A DNA stretch of 60,268 nucleotides, taken from positions 1 through 60,268 of the forward strand of contig DATBJQ010000113.1 of assembly GCA_036556385.1 (NCBI GenBank). Direction: 5' to 3'. The translations under genes and the position numbers were made by a program. How positions within the stretch are numbered: position 1 is the first letter of the stretch; every line of letters starts with the position of its first letter. Below, piece after piece: positions 1-9,317 of the stretch. The stretch comes from Actinomycetota bacterium (GTDB taxonomy: Bacteria > Actinomycetota > UBA4738 > HRBIN12). The notes beneath the pieces were generated by a model that had not been told where the DNA came from, ran no database searches, and saw only the letters and a list, made by a program, of their open reading frames with translations.

Positions 1-1148
1 AGCGCGAACGGCCGCGCGAGCGGGTGCGCCCGCCCACGCGCGATCGTGTCGGCGAACACCCAGCCCGAGCCCGGCGTCGCCTTGAACCCGCCGGTGCCCC
101 ACCCGCAGTTCAGGTACAGGTTCGGGATCGGCGTCGGTCCGATGATCGGCGAGGCGTCGGGGCAGACGTCGACGATGCCGGCCCAGGTGCGAAGGAGCGA
201 CGCGTGCCGGAAGATCGGGAACAGCTCGACCGCGGCCGCCATCTGATGCTCGATCACGTGGAACGAGCCGCGCTGCGCGTAGCCGTTGTAGGTGTCGATC
301 CCCGCGCCCATCACGAGCTCGCCCTTGTCGGCCTGCGACACGTAGACGTGGACCGCGTTCGACATCACGACGCAGTCGAGGACCGGCTCGTAGAGGGCCG
401 ACACGAGCGCTTGGAGCGGATGCGACTGCAGCGGCAGGCGCAGCCCCAGCATCGAGGCAAGCACGCTCGTGTGCCCGGCGGCGACGAGCGCGACCTTCGC
501 GGCGCCGATCGGGCCGCGGGTGGTCTCCACGCCGGCCACGCCGCCGCTCGCGTCGCGGAGGAAACCCGTGACCTCGGCGTGCTCGACGATGTCGACGCCG
601 AGCTCACTCGCCCGGGTCGCGTAGGCCCATGCCACCCGGTCGTGACGGGCGACGCCTCCCCGGCGTTGCAGCGTGGCGCCGTGGACCGGGTAGCGCACGT
701 CGGGGGAGATGTTCACGATCGGGCAGAACGCCCGGACCTCCTCAGGCTCCAGCCACTCGGCATCGACGCCGTTCAGCCGGTTCGCCTCGATGCGGCGGAC
801 GCTCCCGCGGACGTCGCCCAGGCTGTGCGCCAGGTTCAGCACGCCCCGCTGGCTGAACTGGAGGTCCCAGTCGAGCTCCGCCGCCAGGCCCTCCCAGAGC
901 TGCAGCGAATGCTCGTAGATCGCGGCCGACTCGTCCCACAGGTAGTTGGAGCGGATGATCGTGGTGTTGCGCGCCATGTTGCCCCCGGCGAGCCACCCCT
1001 TCTCGACGACGCAGACGTCGGTGATCCCGTGGCGCGTCGCCAGGTAGTAGGCCGTGGACAGGCCGTGCCCGCCTCCCCCGACCACGATCACGTCGTAGGT
1101 CGGCTTCGGATCGGCGGCGCGCCAGTAGCGGGAGGGCCCCTCGTCCAT
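1..1148 (-). CDS. soxB: sarcosine oxidase beta subunit (heterotetrameric SoxB type); 3' end lies outside the window
   Basis: Not in the ORF track because it runs off the left edge. Hand translation of the minus strand from ATG (cat 1146-1148) gives [74 protein letters not shown]...[16 protein letters not shown]. It has a GxGxxG FAD fold and is colinear with SoxB sequences as I recall them. GC3 is near saturation in this frame. Confidence 0.85.
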   Translation of the reverse strand, partial: MDEGPSRYWRAADPKPTYDVIVVGGGGHGLSTAYYLATRHGITDVCVVEKGWLAGGNMARNTTIIRSNYLWDESAAIYEHSLQLWEGLAAELDWDLQFSQRGVLNLAHSLGDVRGSVRRIEANRLNGVDAEWLEPEEVRAFCPIVNISPDVRYPVHGATLQRRGGVARHDRVAWAYATRASELGVDIVEHAEVTGFLRDASGGVAGVETTRGPIGAAKVALVAAGHTSVLASMLGLRLPLQSHPLQALVSALYEPVLDCVVMSNAVHVYVSQADKGELVMGAGIDTYNGYAQRGSFHVIEHQMAAAVELFPIFRHASLLRTWAGIVDVCPDASPIIGPTPIPNLYLNCGWGTGGFKATPGSGWVFADTIARGRAHPLARPFA

Positions 1149-1322
1149 GCCGGCGCATCGTAGGACAGCCCCCCGGAGCCCGGGTGTCGGCGCGGTGCGC
1201 GCATCGCAACACCGTGTTCGACCGGTTCGACAGCGAGCGGGCCGGCGACGTAGCCTGCCAGGTCGACGGCCCTTCTGGGCCGTGCGTCAGCGTTGCGGCA
1301 TGAGGAACGGCGGCGGCGGACC

Positions 1323-2108
1323 ATGAACGAAAGCGACGCGACGGGGCTCCGGTCGGTCTCGCGAGCGGTGACGGCGCTCGAGTTGATCGCCGACGCCGGG
1401 GAGCTCGGCGTGACCGAGCTCGGACGGCGGCTCGGGGTGCACAAGGCCACCGCGTCGCGGCTCGCGGCCACCCTGGCCGACCGCGGGCTGATCGAGCGCG
1501 ACCCCGTGACCGACCGCTACCGCATCGGGTTCGGGCTCGTGCGCCTGGCCGGCACGGCGATGAGCGGGCTCGACCTGGTCCGCACGGCCCGTCCGGTGCT
1601 GGAGCATCTGGCGGAGCGGACGCGCGAGACCGTGAACCTCGGCGTCCTGTCGACCGACGGGGTCGTGTACGTCGATCAGGTCGCGGGCACGCGGGCGATC
1701 GTCACGGCGAACTGGGTGGGGCGACGCACTCCCCTGCACTGCACCTCGAACGGGAAGGTGCTCCTCGCGTACATGGACGAGCACGAGCGCGAGCGGCACC
1801 TGCGGCGCCCGCTCGAGCGGCTCACGGAGGAGACCCTCACCGATCCCGCCGAGCTGAGTCGCCACCTCGAGGAGGTTCGCCGGCGCGGGTACGCGCAGAC
1901 GCTGGAGGAGCTGGAGGAGGGCCTCAACGCGGTCGCGGCTCCGGTCCGGCGCGCCGACGGGCGCGTGACGGCCACGGTGGGTGTCTCGGGTCCGGCGTTC
2001 CGCATGACGGCGATGGACCTTCCGAGGGTGGGGATGCTGACCGTCGAGGCGGCGGCGGCGCTCTCGCGTCAGCTCGGCTACGTCGACCGGCGGCGCTCGA
2101 CGGCGTAG
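1323..2108 (+). CDS. IclR-family transcriptional regulator
   Basis: Track ORF 1293..2108 starts at TTG; the first ATG is 1323 (MNESDATGLRSVSRAV). It has a wHTH (GVTELGRRLGVHKATASRLAATLADRGLI) and an IclR effector domain (RETVNLGVL, HCTSNGKVLLAY, EELEEGLNAVAAPV). Divergent from soxB. Confidence 0.85.
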   Translation: MNESDATGLRSVSRAVTALELIADAGELGVTELGRRLGVHKATASRLAATLADRGLIERDPVTDRYRIGFGLVRLAGTAMSGLDLVRTARPVLEHLAERTRETVNLGVLSTDGVVYVDQVAGTRAIVTANWVGRRTPLHCTSNGKVLLAYMDEHERERHLRRPLERLTEETLTDPAELSRHLEEVRRRGYAQTLEELEEGLNAVAAPVRRADGRVTATVGVSGPAFRMTAMDLPRVGMLTVEAAAALSRQLGYVDRRRSTA

Positions 2109-2130
2109 GGGGAGCGGTGGGGCGCGAACG

Positions 2131-2226
2131 GGGGGGCGGGATCGACCGGGCGGGCGGGATCGACCGGGGGGGCGGGATCGACCGGGGGGGCGGGATCGAC
2201 CGGGCGGGCGGGATCGACTGGTCGGC
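2131..2226. repeat. 18-bp direct tandem repeat, 5 copies, unit cgggatcgaccggg[c/g]ggg
   Basis: cgggatcgac begins at 2137, 2155, 2173, 2191 and 2209, an exact 18-nt period. Copies 1 and 4 are identical, copies 2 and 3 are identical, and copy 5 decays at its 3' end. The array lies between the IclR stop (2108) and the conserved core of the PLP enzyme (from about 2240). Confidence 0.95.
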
Positions 2227-2239
2227 GCATCGCGCGCCC

Positions 2240-3244
2240 GTGCCCTCGCTGCTGGGGGCGATCGGCCGGACGCCGCTCGTGCGCCTGGAGCGCGTGGCGC
2301 CCGAGCTGGAGCTGCTGGCCAAGGTCGAGTGGTACGGCCCGACCGGCTCGGTGAAGGACCGGATCTATGCGCACATGCTCGACCGCGCCGAGGCACGGGG
2401 GGACCTGCGTCAGGGCATGACGATCATCGAGTCCACCACCGGCAACGCGGGGATCGCGTGCGCGGCGGTGGCGGCGATCAAGGGGTACGCGTGCACCGTC
2501 GTCATGCCCGAGGGGATGAGCCTCGAGCGGCGGCGCATGATCGAGGCCTACGGGGCGGACCTCGTCCTCACGCCCGGAGCCGGGACGGACATCGACCTCG
2601 CGCTGGCGCGGCTCCGCGAGATCGTGGCGGAAGCTCCGGATCGCTACTTCTTCCCCGGTGAGTTCGAGAACCCGGACAACCCTGCGGCGCAGGAGGTGTC
2701 CGGTGAGGAGATCTGGGTCCAGGCGGAGGGCCACGTGGACGCCGTCGTGGCGTCGCAGGGGACGGGTGGCTGGATCAGCGGCGTGACCCGCGCCCTGAAG
2801 GCGCGATCCCCGGCGGTGCTCGCCTACGCGGTCGAGCCGGCCGAATGCCCGTTGATCAGCGAGCAGCGATGGGGCACGCACGGGGTGCCGGGCATCGGTG
2901 ACGGGATCATCCCGCGGAACCTCGACCTGGCCGTCCTGGACGGCATCGTCACCGTGAGCACCGAGGACGCGCTGGCGATGGCCCGGCGGGTGGCGCGCGA
3001 GGAGGGCATGTTGTGCGGCCCCTCGTCGGGGATGAACGTCGTCGCCTCCCTCAAGGTCGCGGCCAAGCATCCGGAGCTCCGCCGCGTCGTCACCGTGATC
3101 AGCGACACCGGCCAGCGGTACCTGTCGGGCGAGCTGTTCGGCGAGCGGGTCGAGATCGAGGAACCGGAGCGCGACCACACGCCCGACGCCGCGATGCTGG
3201 CGCAGGTCGAGGCGCATCGTGAGCGGCTGGAGTTCCTCGCCTGA
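2240..3244 (+). CDS. cysteine synthase / cystathionine-beta-synthase family PLP-dependent enzyme (start unresolved: 2117 or 2240)
   Basis: Track ORF 2117..3244. Fold-type II PLP core motifs: IGRTPLVRL, PTGSVKDR (PLP lysine), ESTTGNAGIA, GTGGWISG, MLCGPSSG. The family-like N-terminus starts at in-frame GTG 2240 (VPSLLGAIGRTPLV). The 41 codons from GTG 2117 are the tandem repeat read as (GGIDRx)5. Confidence 0.8.
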   Translation: MPSLLGAIGRTPLVRLERVAPELELLAKVEWYGPTGSVKDRIYAHMLDRAEARGDLRQGMTIIESTTGNAGIACAAVAAIKGYACTVVMPEGMSLERRRMIEAYGADLVLTPGAGTDIDLALARLREIVAEAPDRYFFPGEFENPDNPAAQEVSGEEIWVQAEGHVDAVVASQGTGGWISGVTRALKARSPAVLAYAVEPAECPLISEQRWGTHGVPGIGDGIIPRNLDLAVLDGIVTVSTEDALAMARRVAREEGMLCGPSSGMNVVASLKVAAKHPELRRVVTVISDTGQRYLSGELFGERVEIEEPERDHTPDAAMLAQVEAHRERLEFLA

Positions 3245-3291
3245 CCGACCGTGACCGACCCGCCGGTCGGCGCGACCCGTATCCTCCGGCC

Positions 3292-4470
3292 ATGACCACG
3301 TACCCCCTCAGCCAGGACGATCGGGATGTCCAGGAGCGAGCGCGCCGTTTCGTGGACGAGGAGCTGATCCCGTGGGAGGTGCACGCGGAGGAGCACGGCG
3401 GGCACGTCCCGGACGAGGTCCGGGACCGGCATCGGGGCCTGGCGATCGAGCTCGGGCTCTCGGCCATGAACATGCCGCGCGAGCTGGGCGGCGGGGGTCT
3501 CACGATGCTCCAGCAGGTCCTGGTCTCCGAGCAGATCGGCCGCGTGACGAACGCGCTCGGCTGGTGCGTGTTCACGCCGCCGTCCTGGGCTCCGGCCGTC
3601 GTGACCGACCACCAGCTGGAGACCTGGATCATCCCGACGATCCGCGGCGAGATCCACGAGTGCTACGCGATCACCGAGGCCGGTGCCGGGTCCGACGTCG
3701 ACGCGATCAGCGCCACGGCGCGGCGCGACGGCGACGCGTACGTGCTCAACGGAGAGAAGATGCACGTCACGTCGTTCAACCACGCGTCCTATTGCTTCTT
3801 CCAGGCGAAGCTCGACGGTGGGGAGCACGCGGGGGAGCACGCGATGTTCTTCGTCGACACGGACACCCCCGGCGTACGGCTGGTCGCGGAGCCGCGGTAC
3901 ATGCACACGTACCCCGATACGCACGCGATCGTGGCGTTCGACGACGTGCGGGTGCCGGCGACGAGCCTGATCGGAGCCGAAGGTGACGGCATGGCCTTCA
4001 CCTACGAGTGGTTCCGGTACGAGCGCCTCATGATCGCGGCACGGTGCTGCGGGGCCGCCGAGCGGCTGCTGGACGAGGCGTCGGCGTTCGCGCAGGAGCG
4101 GGTGCAGTTCGGCGTGCCGATCGTCGAGCACCAGGCGATCGGTCACCTCCTGGCGGACTCGCTCACGGAGCTCTGGGCGGCCCGCCTGATGACGTACCGG
4201 CTCGCGGAGAACATCGACGCCGGCGTGGACGTCAAGATCCAGCACGCCCAGTGCTCCATGGCGAAGCTCTACGCGAGCGAGATGGCCGGCCGCGTGGCGG
4301 ACCGGGCCGTCCAGATCTTCGGTGGGCGCGGGTACATGCGGGAGAACGTGGCCGAGCGCTTCTACCGCGAGCTGCGCGTCGACAGGATCTGGGAGGGGAC
4401 CTCCGAGATCCAGCGGAGCATCGTGGCGGACCAGCTGGTCAAGCGTGGCGCCCGGGCGCTCGCCGGCTGA
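3292..4470 (+). CDS. acyl-CoA dehydrogenase family protein
   Basis: 392 aa. Motifs: YAITEAGAGSDV, VLNGEKMHVTS, QIFGGRGYMREN, RVDRIWEGTSEIQR. TATCCT (3280-3285) lies 6 nt before the ATG, so the mRNA may be leaderless. Confidence 0.9.
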   Translation: MTTYPLSQDDRDVQERARRFVDEELIPWEVHAEEHGGHVPDEVRDRHRGLAIELGLSAMNMPRELGGGGLTMLQQVLVSEQIGRVTNALGWCVFTPPSWAPAVVTDHQLETWIIPTIRGEIHECYAITEAGAGSDVDAISATARRDGDAYVLNGEKMHVTSFNHASYCFFQAKLDGGEHAGEHAMFFVDTDTPGVRLVAEPRYMHTYPDTHAIVAFDDVRVPATSLIGAEGDGMAFTYEWFRYERLMIAARCCGAAERLLDEASAFAQERVQFGVPIVEHQAIGHLLADSLTELWAARLMTYRLAENIDAGVDVKIQHAQCSMAKLYASEMAGRVADRAVQIFGGRGYMRENVAERFYRELRVDRIWEGTSEIQRSIVADQLVKRGARALAG

Positions 4471-4493
4471 GCCCGATCGGAGGAGGGGGACCC

Positions 4494-5600
4494 ATGCAGG
4501 AGCCAGGGAGTGACGATGTCGGGGCCGGTGACACGGTCCGCGTGGCGCTGGTGGGCTACGGCCTCGGTGGCGCCGTGTTCCACGCGCCACTGATCGCCGC
4601 GACGCCGGGGCTGGAGCTCGTCTCCGTCGTGACGAGCGACCCGACGCGGCAGCAGGCGGTGCGCGAGCGCTATCCGGACGTGCGCGTCCTGCCGTCCGTG
4701 GACGACGTGTGGTCGGCGGCGGACGAGTACGACCTCGTCGTGATCTCGACCGCGAACGTCGCCCACGTGCCGTTGGGGATGGCGGCCTTCGGGGCCGGCC
4801 TCCCGGTCGTGATGGACAAGCCGCTCGCCCCGACCGCGGCGGACGGCGAACGGCTGGCACGAGCGGCCCGCGACCGGGGCCTCGGCTTCACGGTGTTCCA
4901 GAACCGCCGTTGGGACTCGGACTTCCTGACGCTCCGGCGGCTGCTGGGGGAGGGCGCGCTGGGGACGCCGGCCCGGTTCGAGTCGAGGTTCGAGCGCTTC
5001 CGGCCGGAACGGGACGCCGCGGCCTGGCGCGAGCGCGCGGGCGTGGACGACGCCGGCGGGCTCCTGTTCGACCTGGGCAGCCACCTGATCGATCAGGCGA
5101 TGCTCCTCTTCGGGCGGCCCACCCAGGTCCTCGCCGAGCTGTTCCGTCGACGCTCCGGCGCGCAGGTGGACGACGACACGTTCGTCGCGCTCGTCCATCC
5201 GGGTGAGGTGAGCAGCCACCTGTGGATGAGCGCCGTCACGCCGATGCTCGGGCCGCGGTTCCGCGTGCTCGGGTCCGCGGCCGCGTTCCGTTCCTTCGGT
5301 CTGGACGGCCAGGAGGCTGCGCTGGCGGCGGGCGGGGACCCCGCGGCGCCGGACTGGTGGACCGAACCCGAGGACCGATGGGGGATCGTCGGCACCGACG
5401 ACGACCACCGGCCGGTCCCGTCGGAACGGGGCGACTACCCGGCGTTCTACGCGGGGGTCGCCCGGGCGCTCCTGACCGGATCCCCGATGCCGGTCGACCC
5501 GTGGGACTCGGTCGTCGGGCTGCGCGTGATCGAGGCGGCTGCGCGGAGCGCGGCGACCGGTTCGGTGGAGACCATCTCGTACGAAGGGATCGACGCATGA
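4494..5600 (+). CDS. Gfo/Idh/MocA family oxidoreductase
   Basis: True start is ATG 4494, after GGAGGAGGGGG. The 5' part of track ORF 4008..5600 is an out-of-frame overlap of the ACAD gene. Rossmann N-terminus VRVALVGYGLGGAVFHAPLI; VVMDKPLA motif. Confidence 0.85.
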   Translation: MQEPGSDDVGAGDTVRVALVGYGLGGAVFHAPLIAATPGLELVSVVTSDPTRQQAVRERYPDVRVLPSVDDVWSAADEYDLVVISTANVAHVPLGMAAFGAGLPVVMDKPLAPTAADGERLARAARDRGLGFTVFQNRRWDSDFLTLRRLLGEGALGTPARFESRFERFRPERDAAAWRERAGVDDAGGLLFDLGSHLIDQAMLLFGRPTQVLAELFRRRSGAQVDDDTFVALVHPGEVSSHLWMSAVTPMLGPRFRVLGSAAAFRSFGLDGQEAALAAGGDPAAPDWWTEPEDRWGIVGTDDDHRPVPSERGDYPAFYAGVARALLTGSPMPVDPWDSVVGLRVIEAAARSAATGSVETISYEGIDA

Positions 5601-6583
5601 GCGAGCTGCGCTGGGGCATCCTGTCGACGGCGAACATCGGGGTCGCGAAGGTGATCCCCGCCACGCAGGCGGCGGACCGGTGCCGCGTGGTCGCGATCGC
5701 CTCCCGCGACGCCGATCTGGCCCGGACGACCGCCGACGGCTTGGGCATCCCCACCGCCCACGGCTCGTACGAGGCCTTGCTGGCCGACCCGGAGGTCGAC
5801 GCGATCTACAACCCGCTCCCGAACCATCTGCACGCCGAGTGGACGATCGCCGCCGCACAGGCCGGCAAGCACGTCCTGTGCGAGAAGCCGCTGGCGATGT
5901 CGGCGGCGCAGGCCCAGGAGATGGTCGACGCGTGCGCGGCGTCCGGCGTGACGTTGATGGAGGCGTTCATGTACCGGCTCCACCCCTCGTGGGAGACCGT
6001 CAGCGGGCTGGTGGCGGACGGCCGGATCGGGCGTCTGCGGGCCGTCCAGAGCTGGTTCTCGTACTTCAACGACGACCCGACGAACATCCGCAACATCGCG
6101 GAGTACGGGGGCGGCGCCCTGATGGACATCGGCTGCTATTGCGTCAACCTCTCGCGGATGCTGTTCGGCGGTGAGCCGACGCACGTCCAGGCGTCCGTCA
6201 CCCGCGACCCGGCCAGCGGGGTCGACGTCCTCACCGCCGGCATCCTCGGGTTCGAGCAGGGCGTCGCGTCGTTCGCGTGCACGACGCGTGCGGAGCCGGA
6301 CCAGCGGGTCCACGTGTACGGGACCGAGGGCCGGATCTCCATCGGGATCCCGTTCAACATCCCGCCCGACCGGCCGACCGAGGTGTTCGTCACGGCCGGT
6401 GGGGAGCCGCCGGTCCACCCGGCGACCGAGGTGATCACGATCCCCACCGCGGATCCGTACACCGTGCAGGCGGAGCGCTTCGCCGCCGCGGTCCTCGACG
6501 GCGGGCCGCCGCCGATCCCCACCGAGGACGCCGTCGCGACGATGCGCGTCCTGGATCGGATCGTCGAGGCCGGCGGCGGCTGA
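5597..6583 (+). CDS. Gfo/Idh/MocA family oxidoreductase (tandem paralogue)
   Basis: ATG 5597 overlaps the upstream stop (ATGA). N-terminus LRWGILSTANIGVAKVIPA; HVLCEKPLAMS motif. The 5' part of track ORF 5222.. is spurious. Confidence 0.85.
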   Translation: MSELRWGILSTANIGVAKVIPATQAADRCRVVAIASRDADLARTTADGLGIPTAHGSYEALLADPEVDAIYNPLPNHLHAEWTIAAAQAGKHVLCEKPLAMSAAQAQEMVDACAASGVTLMEAFMYRLHPSWETVSGLVADGRIGRLRAVQSWFSYFNDDPTNIRNIAEYGGGALMDIGCYCVNLSRMLFGGEPTHVQASVTRDPASGVDVLTAGILGFEQGVASFACTTRAEPDQRVHVYGTEGRISIGIPFNIPPDRPTEVFVTAGGEPPVHPATEVITIPTADPYTVQAERFAAAVLDGGPPPIPTEDAVATMRVLDRIVEAGGG

Positions 6584-6602
6584 GCCGGCCCAGACCGATG
6601 CG

Positions 6603-8102
6603 TCAGCCTCCGTCCGGGGCGACGGCGTGGAAGGTGGGCGCCAGCGCCGGATAGAGCTCCCGGTACCGCTCGTGGACCGCGCCGTAGCCCACCGCGTCCG
6701 GGCCGGGGGCGATCGTGGGTCCGGTCCGGACCGAGCCCGCGACCGCCTCGTGGATCGACGACGCGTGTCCCGCCGCCGGCTGCGCGAGCAGGGCGGCGCC
6801 GTGCGCGGCACCCTCGGCGGTCTCCATCGTCACGACGGGGAGGTTCAGGACGTCGGCCACGATCCGGCACCACAGCGGGCTGACGCTGCCGCCCCCGGTG
6901 AGGCGCGCCTCGTCGGGATCCGGCAGGTCGATCGTCCGCATCAGCTCGAGCGAGTCCCGGAGCCCGAGGGCCACCCCCTCCAGGACGGCCCGGGTGAGGT
7001 GGCCGCGCGTGTGCCGGACGGTGAGCCCGACGAACGCACCCCGCGCGAGTGGGTCCGGATGGGGCGTGCGCTCCCCGGTGAGGTACGGGAGGAACAGCAG
7101 GCCGTCGGCGCCGGGGGCGACGGCCGCCGCCTCCTCGACGAGCTCGTCGAACCCCACGCCGGGCGCCAGCGTGTCGCGGTACCAGCGCAGGCTCCCCGCC
7201 GCCGAGAGCATCACGCCCATCAGGTGCCACCGATCGGGGACGGCGTGGCAGAAGGCGTGGAGCCGCCCCGCGGGCTCGATCAGCGGGCGCTCGGTCGCCG
7301 CGAACACGACCCCGCTCGTCCCGAGCGAGACGGAGAGGACCCCGGGGTCGAGCACCCCCACGCCGACGGCGGCCGACGCCTGGTCGCCCCCGCCCGCCAC
7401 GACCGGGGTCCCGGGGGTCAGGCCCGTCGCCGCGGCCGCCCCCGAGGAGATCGAGCCGGTCACCTCCGGGCCCTCGTAGCTCCGCGGGAGCCACCCCGGG
7501 TCGATCCCGAGCGCCTCCACCACCTCGCGGGACCACGTCCGCGCCGCCAGGTCGAACAGCAGCGTCCCGGCGCCGTCCGCGCGATCGATCGCCAGCTCAC
7601 CGGTCAGACGGTGGCGCACGAGGTCCTTCGGCACCAGGACGTGGGCGATCCGCGACCACACGTCCGGCTCGTGCCGACGGACCCACAGGAGCTTCGGGGC
7701 GGTGAACCCCGGGAGGGCGTCGTTCCCGGTGATCGCGATCAGCCGGTCGGCACCGACGACCTCGCGGATCTCGTCGCACTCACGGGCCGTGCGCTGGTCG
7801 TTCCACAGGATCGCGGGCCGCAGCACCTCGCCGGCCGCGTCCAGCGCCACCAGGCCGTGCATCTGCCCGCTGAGCCCGACCGCCGCCACGTCGCTCCCGT
7901 CGACCCCCGCCGAGTCCAGCGCCGAGCGGATCGCTCCCACGGCTCCGCTCCACCACAGGTCCGGATCCTGTTCGCTCCACAGGGGCCGCGGGGAGGCGAC
8001 GGCGTACTCGACGGCGCCGGTCGCGAGGATGCCACCGTCGTCGCCGAGCAGGAGCGCCTTCGTGGCGGTCGTCGACACGTCGAGGCCGACGACGCAGCGC
8101 AT
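6603..8102 (-). CDS. xylB: xylulokinase (FGGY family)
   Basis: 499 aa. Motifs: VGLDVSTTATKALL, LSGQMHGLV, GGGDQASAAVG, LTGGGSVSPLWCRIVADV. Sits immediately downstream of xylA. Confidence 0.9.
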   Translation of the reverse strand: MRCVVGLDVSTTATKALLLGDDGGILATGAVEYAVASPRPLWSEQDPDLWWSGAVGAIRSALDSAGVDGSDVAAVGLSGQMHGLVALDAAGEVLRPAILWNDQRTARECDEIREVVGADRLIAITGNDALPGFTAPKLLWVRRHEPDVWSRIAHVLVPKDLVRHRLTGELAIDRADGAGTLLFDLAARTWSREVVEALGIDPGWLPRSYEGPEVTGSISSGAAAATGLTPGTPVVAGGGDQASAAVGVGVLDPGVLSVSLGTSGVVFAATERPLIEPAGRLHAFCHAVPDRWHLMGVMLSAAGSLRWYRDTLAPGVGFDELVEEAAAVAPGADGLLFLPYLTGERTPHPDPLARGAFVGLTVRHTRGHLTRAVLEGVALGLRDSLELMRTIDLPDPDEARLTGGGSVSPLWCRIVADVLNLPVVTMETAEGAAHGAALLAQPAAGHASSIHEAVAGSVRTGPTIAPGPDAVGYGAVHERYRELYPALAPTFHAVAPDGG

Positions 8103-8123
8103 CGGACGCCCTCGGACGTGGCC

Positions 8124-9287
8124 TCAGCGGACCCCGAGCAGGACCTCGACCGTGAGCTGGTCCAGGGCCTCGTACGGCTGACCCCGGGCCGCCAGCGCCC
8201 GGCGATCGAGCTCCAGGTCCCGCAGGGCCCCCGCGCGGTCGGACGAGTAGGGCCCGAGCGTCGCGGCGACCCCGTCCTGGTCGGCGCCGATCCGCGCGAC
8301 GAGCTCCTGGATCTCGGGGTCGGCGTTCCAGCGCTCGGACCGCTCCCTGAGGATCAGGTACGTGCGCATGCACCCGCGGGCGAACGCCTTGACGTCCTCG
8401 TAGTCCGACGTGCGGTACGCGTGGGCGTCGAAGTGCCGGCTCCCCGCGTAGCCGACGTCCTCGAGGAACTTCACCAGGAAGAACGCCGCCTTCGGGTTGG
8501 CCGACCCGAACCGGAGGTCCTGGTCGTAGCGCCCGGGGATCTGGTCGTTCAGGTCGATGTGGAACAGCTTGCCCATCGACCACGCCTGCGCGACGTGGTG
8601 GGTGAAGTTGAGCCCCGCCATGTGCTCGTGCGCGACCTCGGGGTTCACACCCACCATCTCCGCGTGCTCCAGCGTGGAGATGAACGCGAGCATCGCGCCG
8701 GTGGTGGACAGATAGATGTCGCCGCGCGGCTCGTTCGGCTTGGACTCCAGGGCGAACCGGAGGTCGTACCCCTGATCGAGCACGTAGGAGCACAGGAAGT
8801 TCAGGGCGTCGGTGTACCAGCCGAGCGCGGTCAGGGGGTCCTTCGACGAGTCGGTCTCGACCCCTTCGCGGCCGCCCCAGAACACGTACGTGGTGGCGCC
8901 CAGCTCCACGCCGAGGTCGATCGCGTTCATCGTCTTCTGCAGCGCGAGCGCCCGGACGCGCGGGTCGTTCGCCGTGAACGCGCCGTCGCGGAAGACCGGG
9001 TCGCGGAACAGGTTCGTGGTGGCCATCGGCACGACCAGGCCCGTCGCGTCCAGCGCCTTGCGGAAGTCGTCCACGATCTGGTCGCGCTCGTGCGCGCTCG
9101 CGTCGATCGGCACCAGGTCGTTGTCGTGCAGGTTCACGCCCCACGCGCCCACCTCGGCCAGCAGCTCCACGAGCTGCACGGGCGAGAGGGCCTCGCGCAC
9201 GGGTTCGCCGAACGGATCGATCCCCACGTTCCCCACGGTCCACAGGCCGAACGAGAAGCGGTGCTCGGGGTGCGGGTCGTACGTCAC
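8124..9287 (-). CDS. xylA: xylose isomerase (short actinobacterial type)
   Basis: GTG 9287 is preceded by AGGAGG. Motifs: [57 protein letters not shown]. 387 aa. Confidence 0.95.
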   Translation of the reverse strand: MTYDPHPEHRFSFGLWTVGNVGIDPFGEPVREALSPVQLVELLAEVGAWGVNLHDNDLVPIDASAHERDQIVDDFRKALDATGLVVPMATTNLFRDPVFRDGAFTANDPRVRALALQKTMNAIDLGVELGATTYVFWGGREGVETDSSKDPLTALGWYTDALNFLCSYVLDQGYDLRFALESKPNEPRGDIYLSTTGAMLAFISTLEHAEMVGVNPEVAHEHMAGLNFTHHVAQAWSMGKLFHIDLNDQIPGRYDQDLRFGSANPKAAFFLVKFLEDVGYAGSRHFDAHAYRTSDYEDVKAFARGCMRTYLILRERSERWNADPEIQELVARIGADQDGVAATLGPYSSDRAGALRDLELDRRALAARGQPYEALDQLTVEVLLGVR

Positions 9288-9317
9288 GTCGTCACCTCCT
9301 GTCGTCGGAGGACGGTC

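Noticed and set aside
2131-2226. The tandem repeat as a CRISPR array or as plasmid-type iterons / replication origin
   Set aside because: The repeats are contiguous with no spacers and are only 18 bp, and there are no cas genes, so it is not a CRISPR array. There is no rep gene, AT-rich unwinding element or DnaA-box cluster nearby, so an origin is unsupported.
1287-2396. 369-aa minus-strand ORF with a striking (PGRSRP)n peptide repeat
   Set aside because: The peptide repeat is just the 18-bp DNA repeat read on the opposite strand. The ORF is antisense to the IclR gene and has no other protein-like features.
2824-4860. 678-aa minus-strand ORF. Similar long ORFs occur at 12571..14484, 18051..19967, 14045..15490 and 23259..25181.
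   Set aside because: All are antisense or off-frame to genes with clear family motifs, and all are Arg/Pro/Gly/Ala low-complexity translations.
9288-9317. CCTCC-N7-GGAGG hairpin that would sequester the xylA Shine-Dalgarno
   Set aside because: The stem is only 5 bp with no extension. That is too weak to call as a regulatory structure without folding or conservation data.
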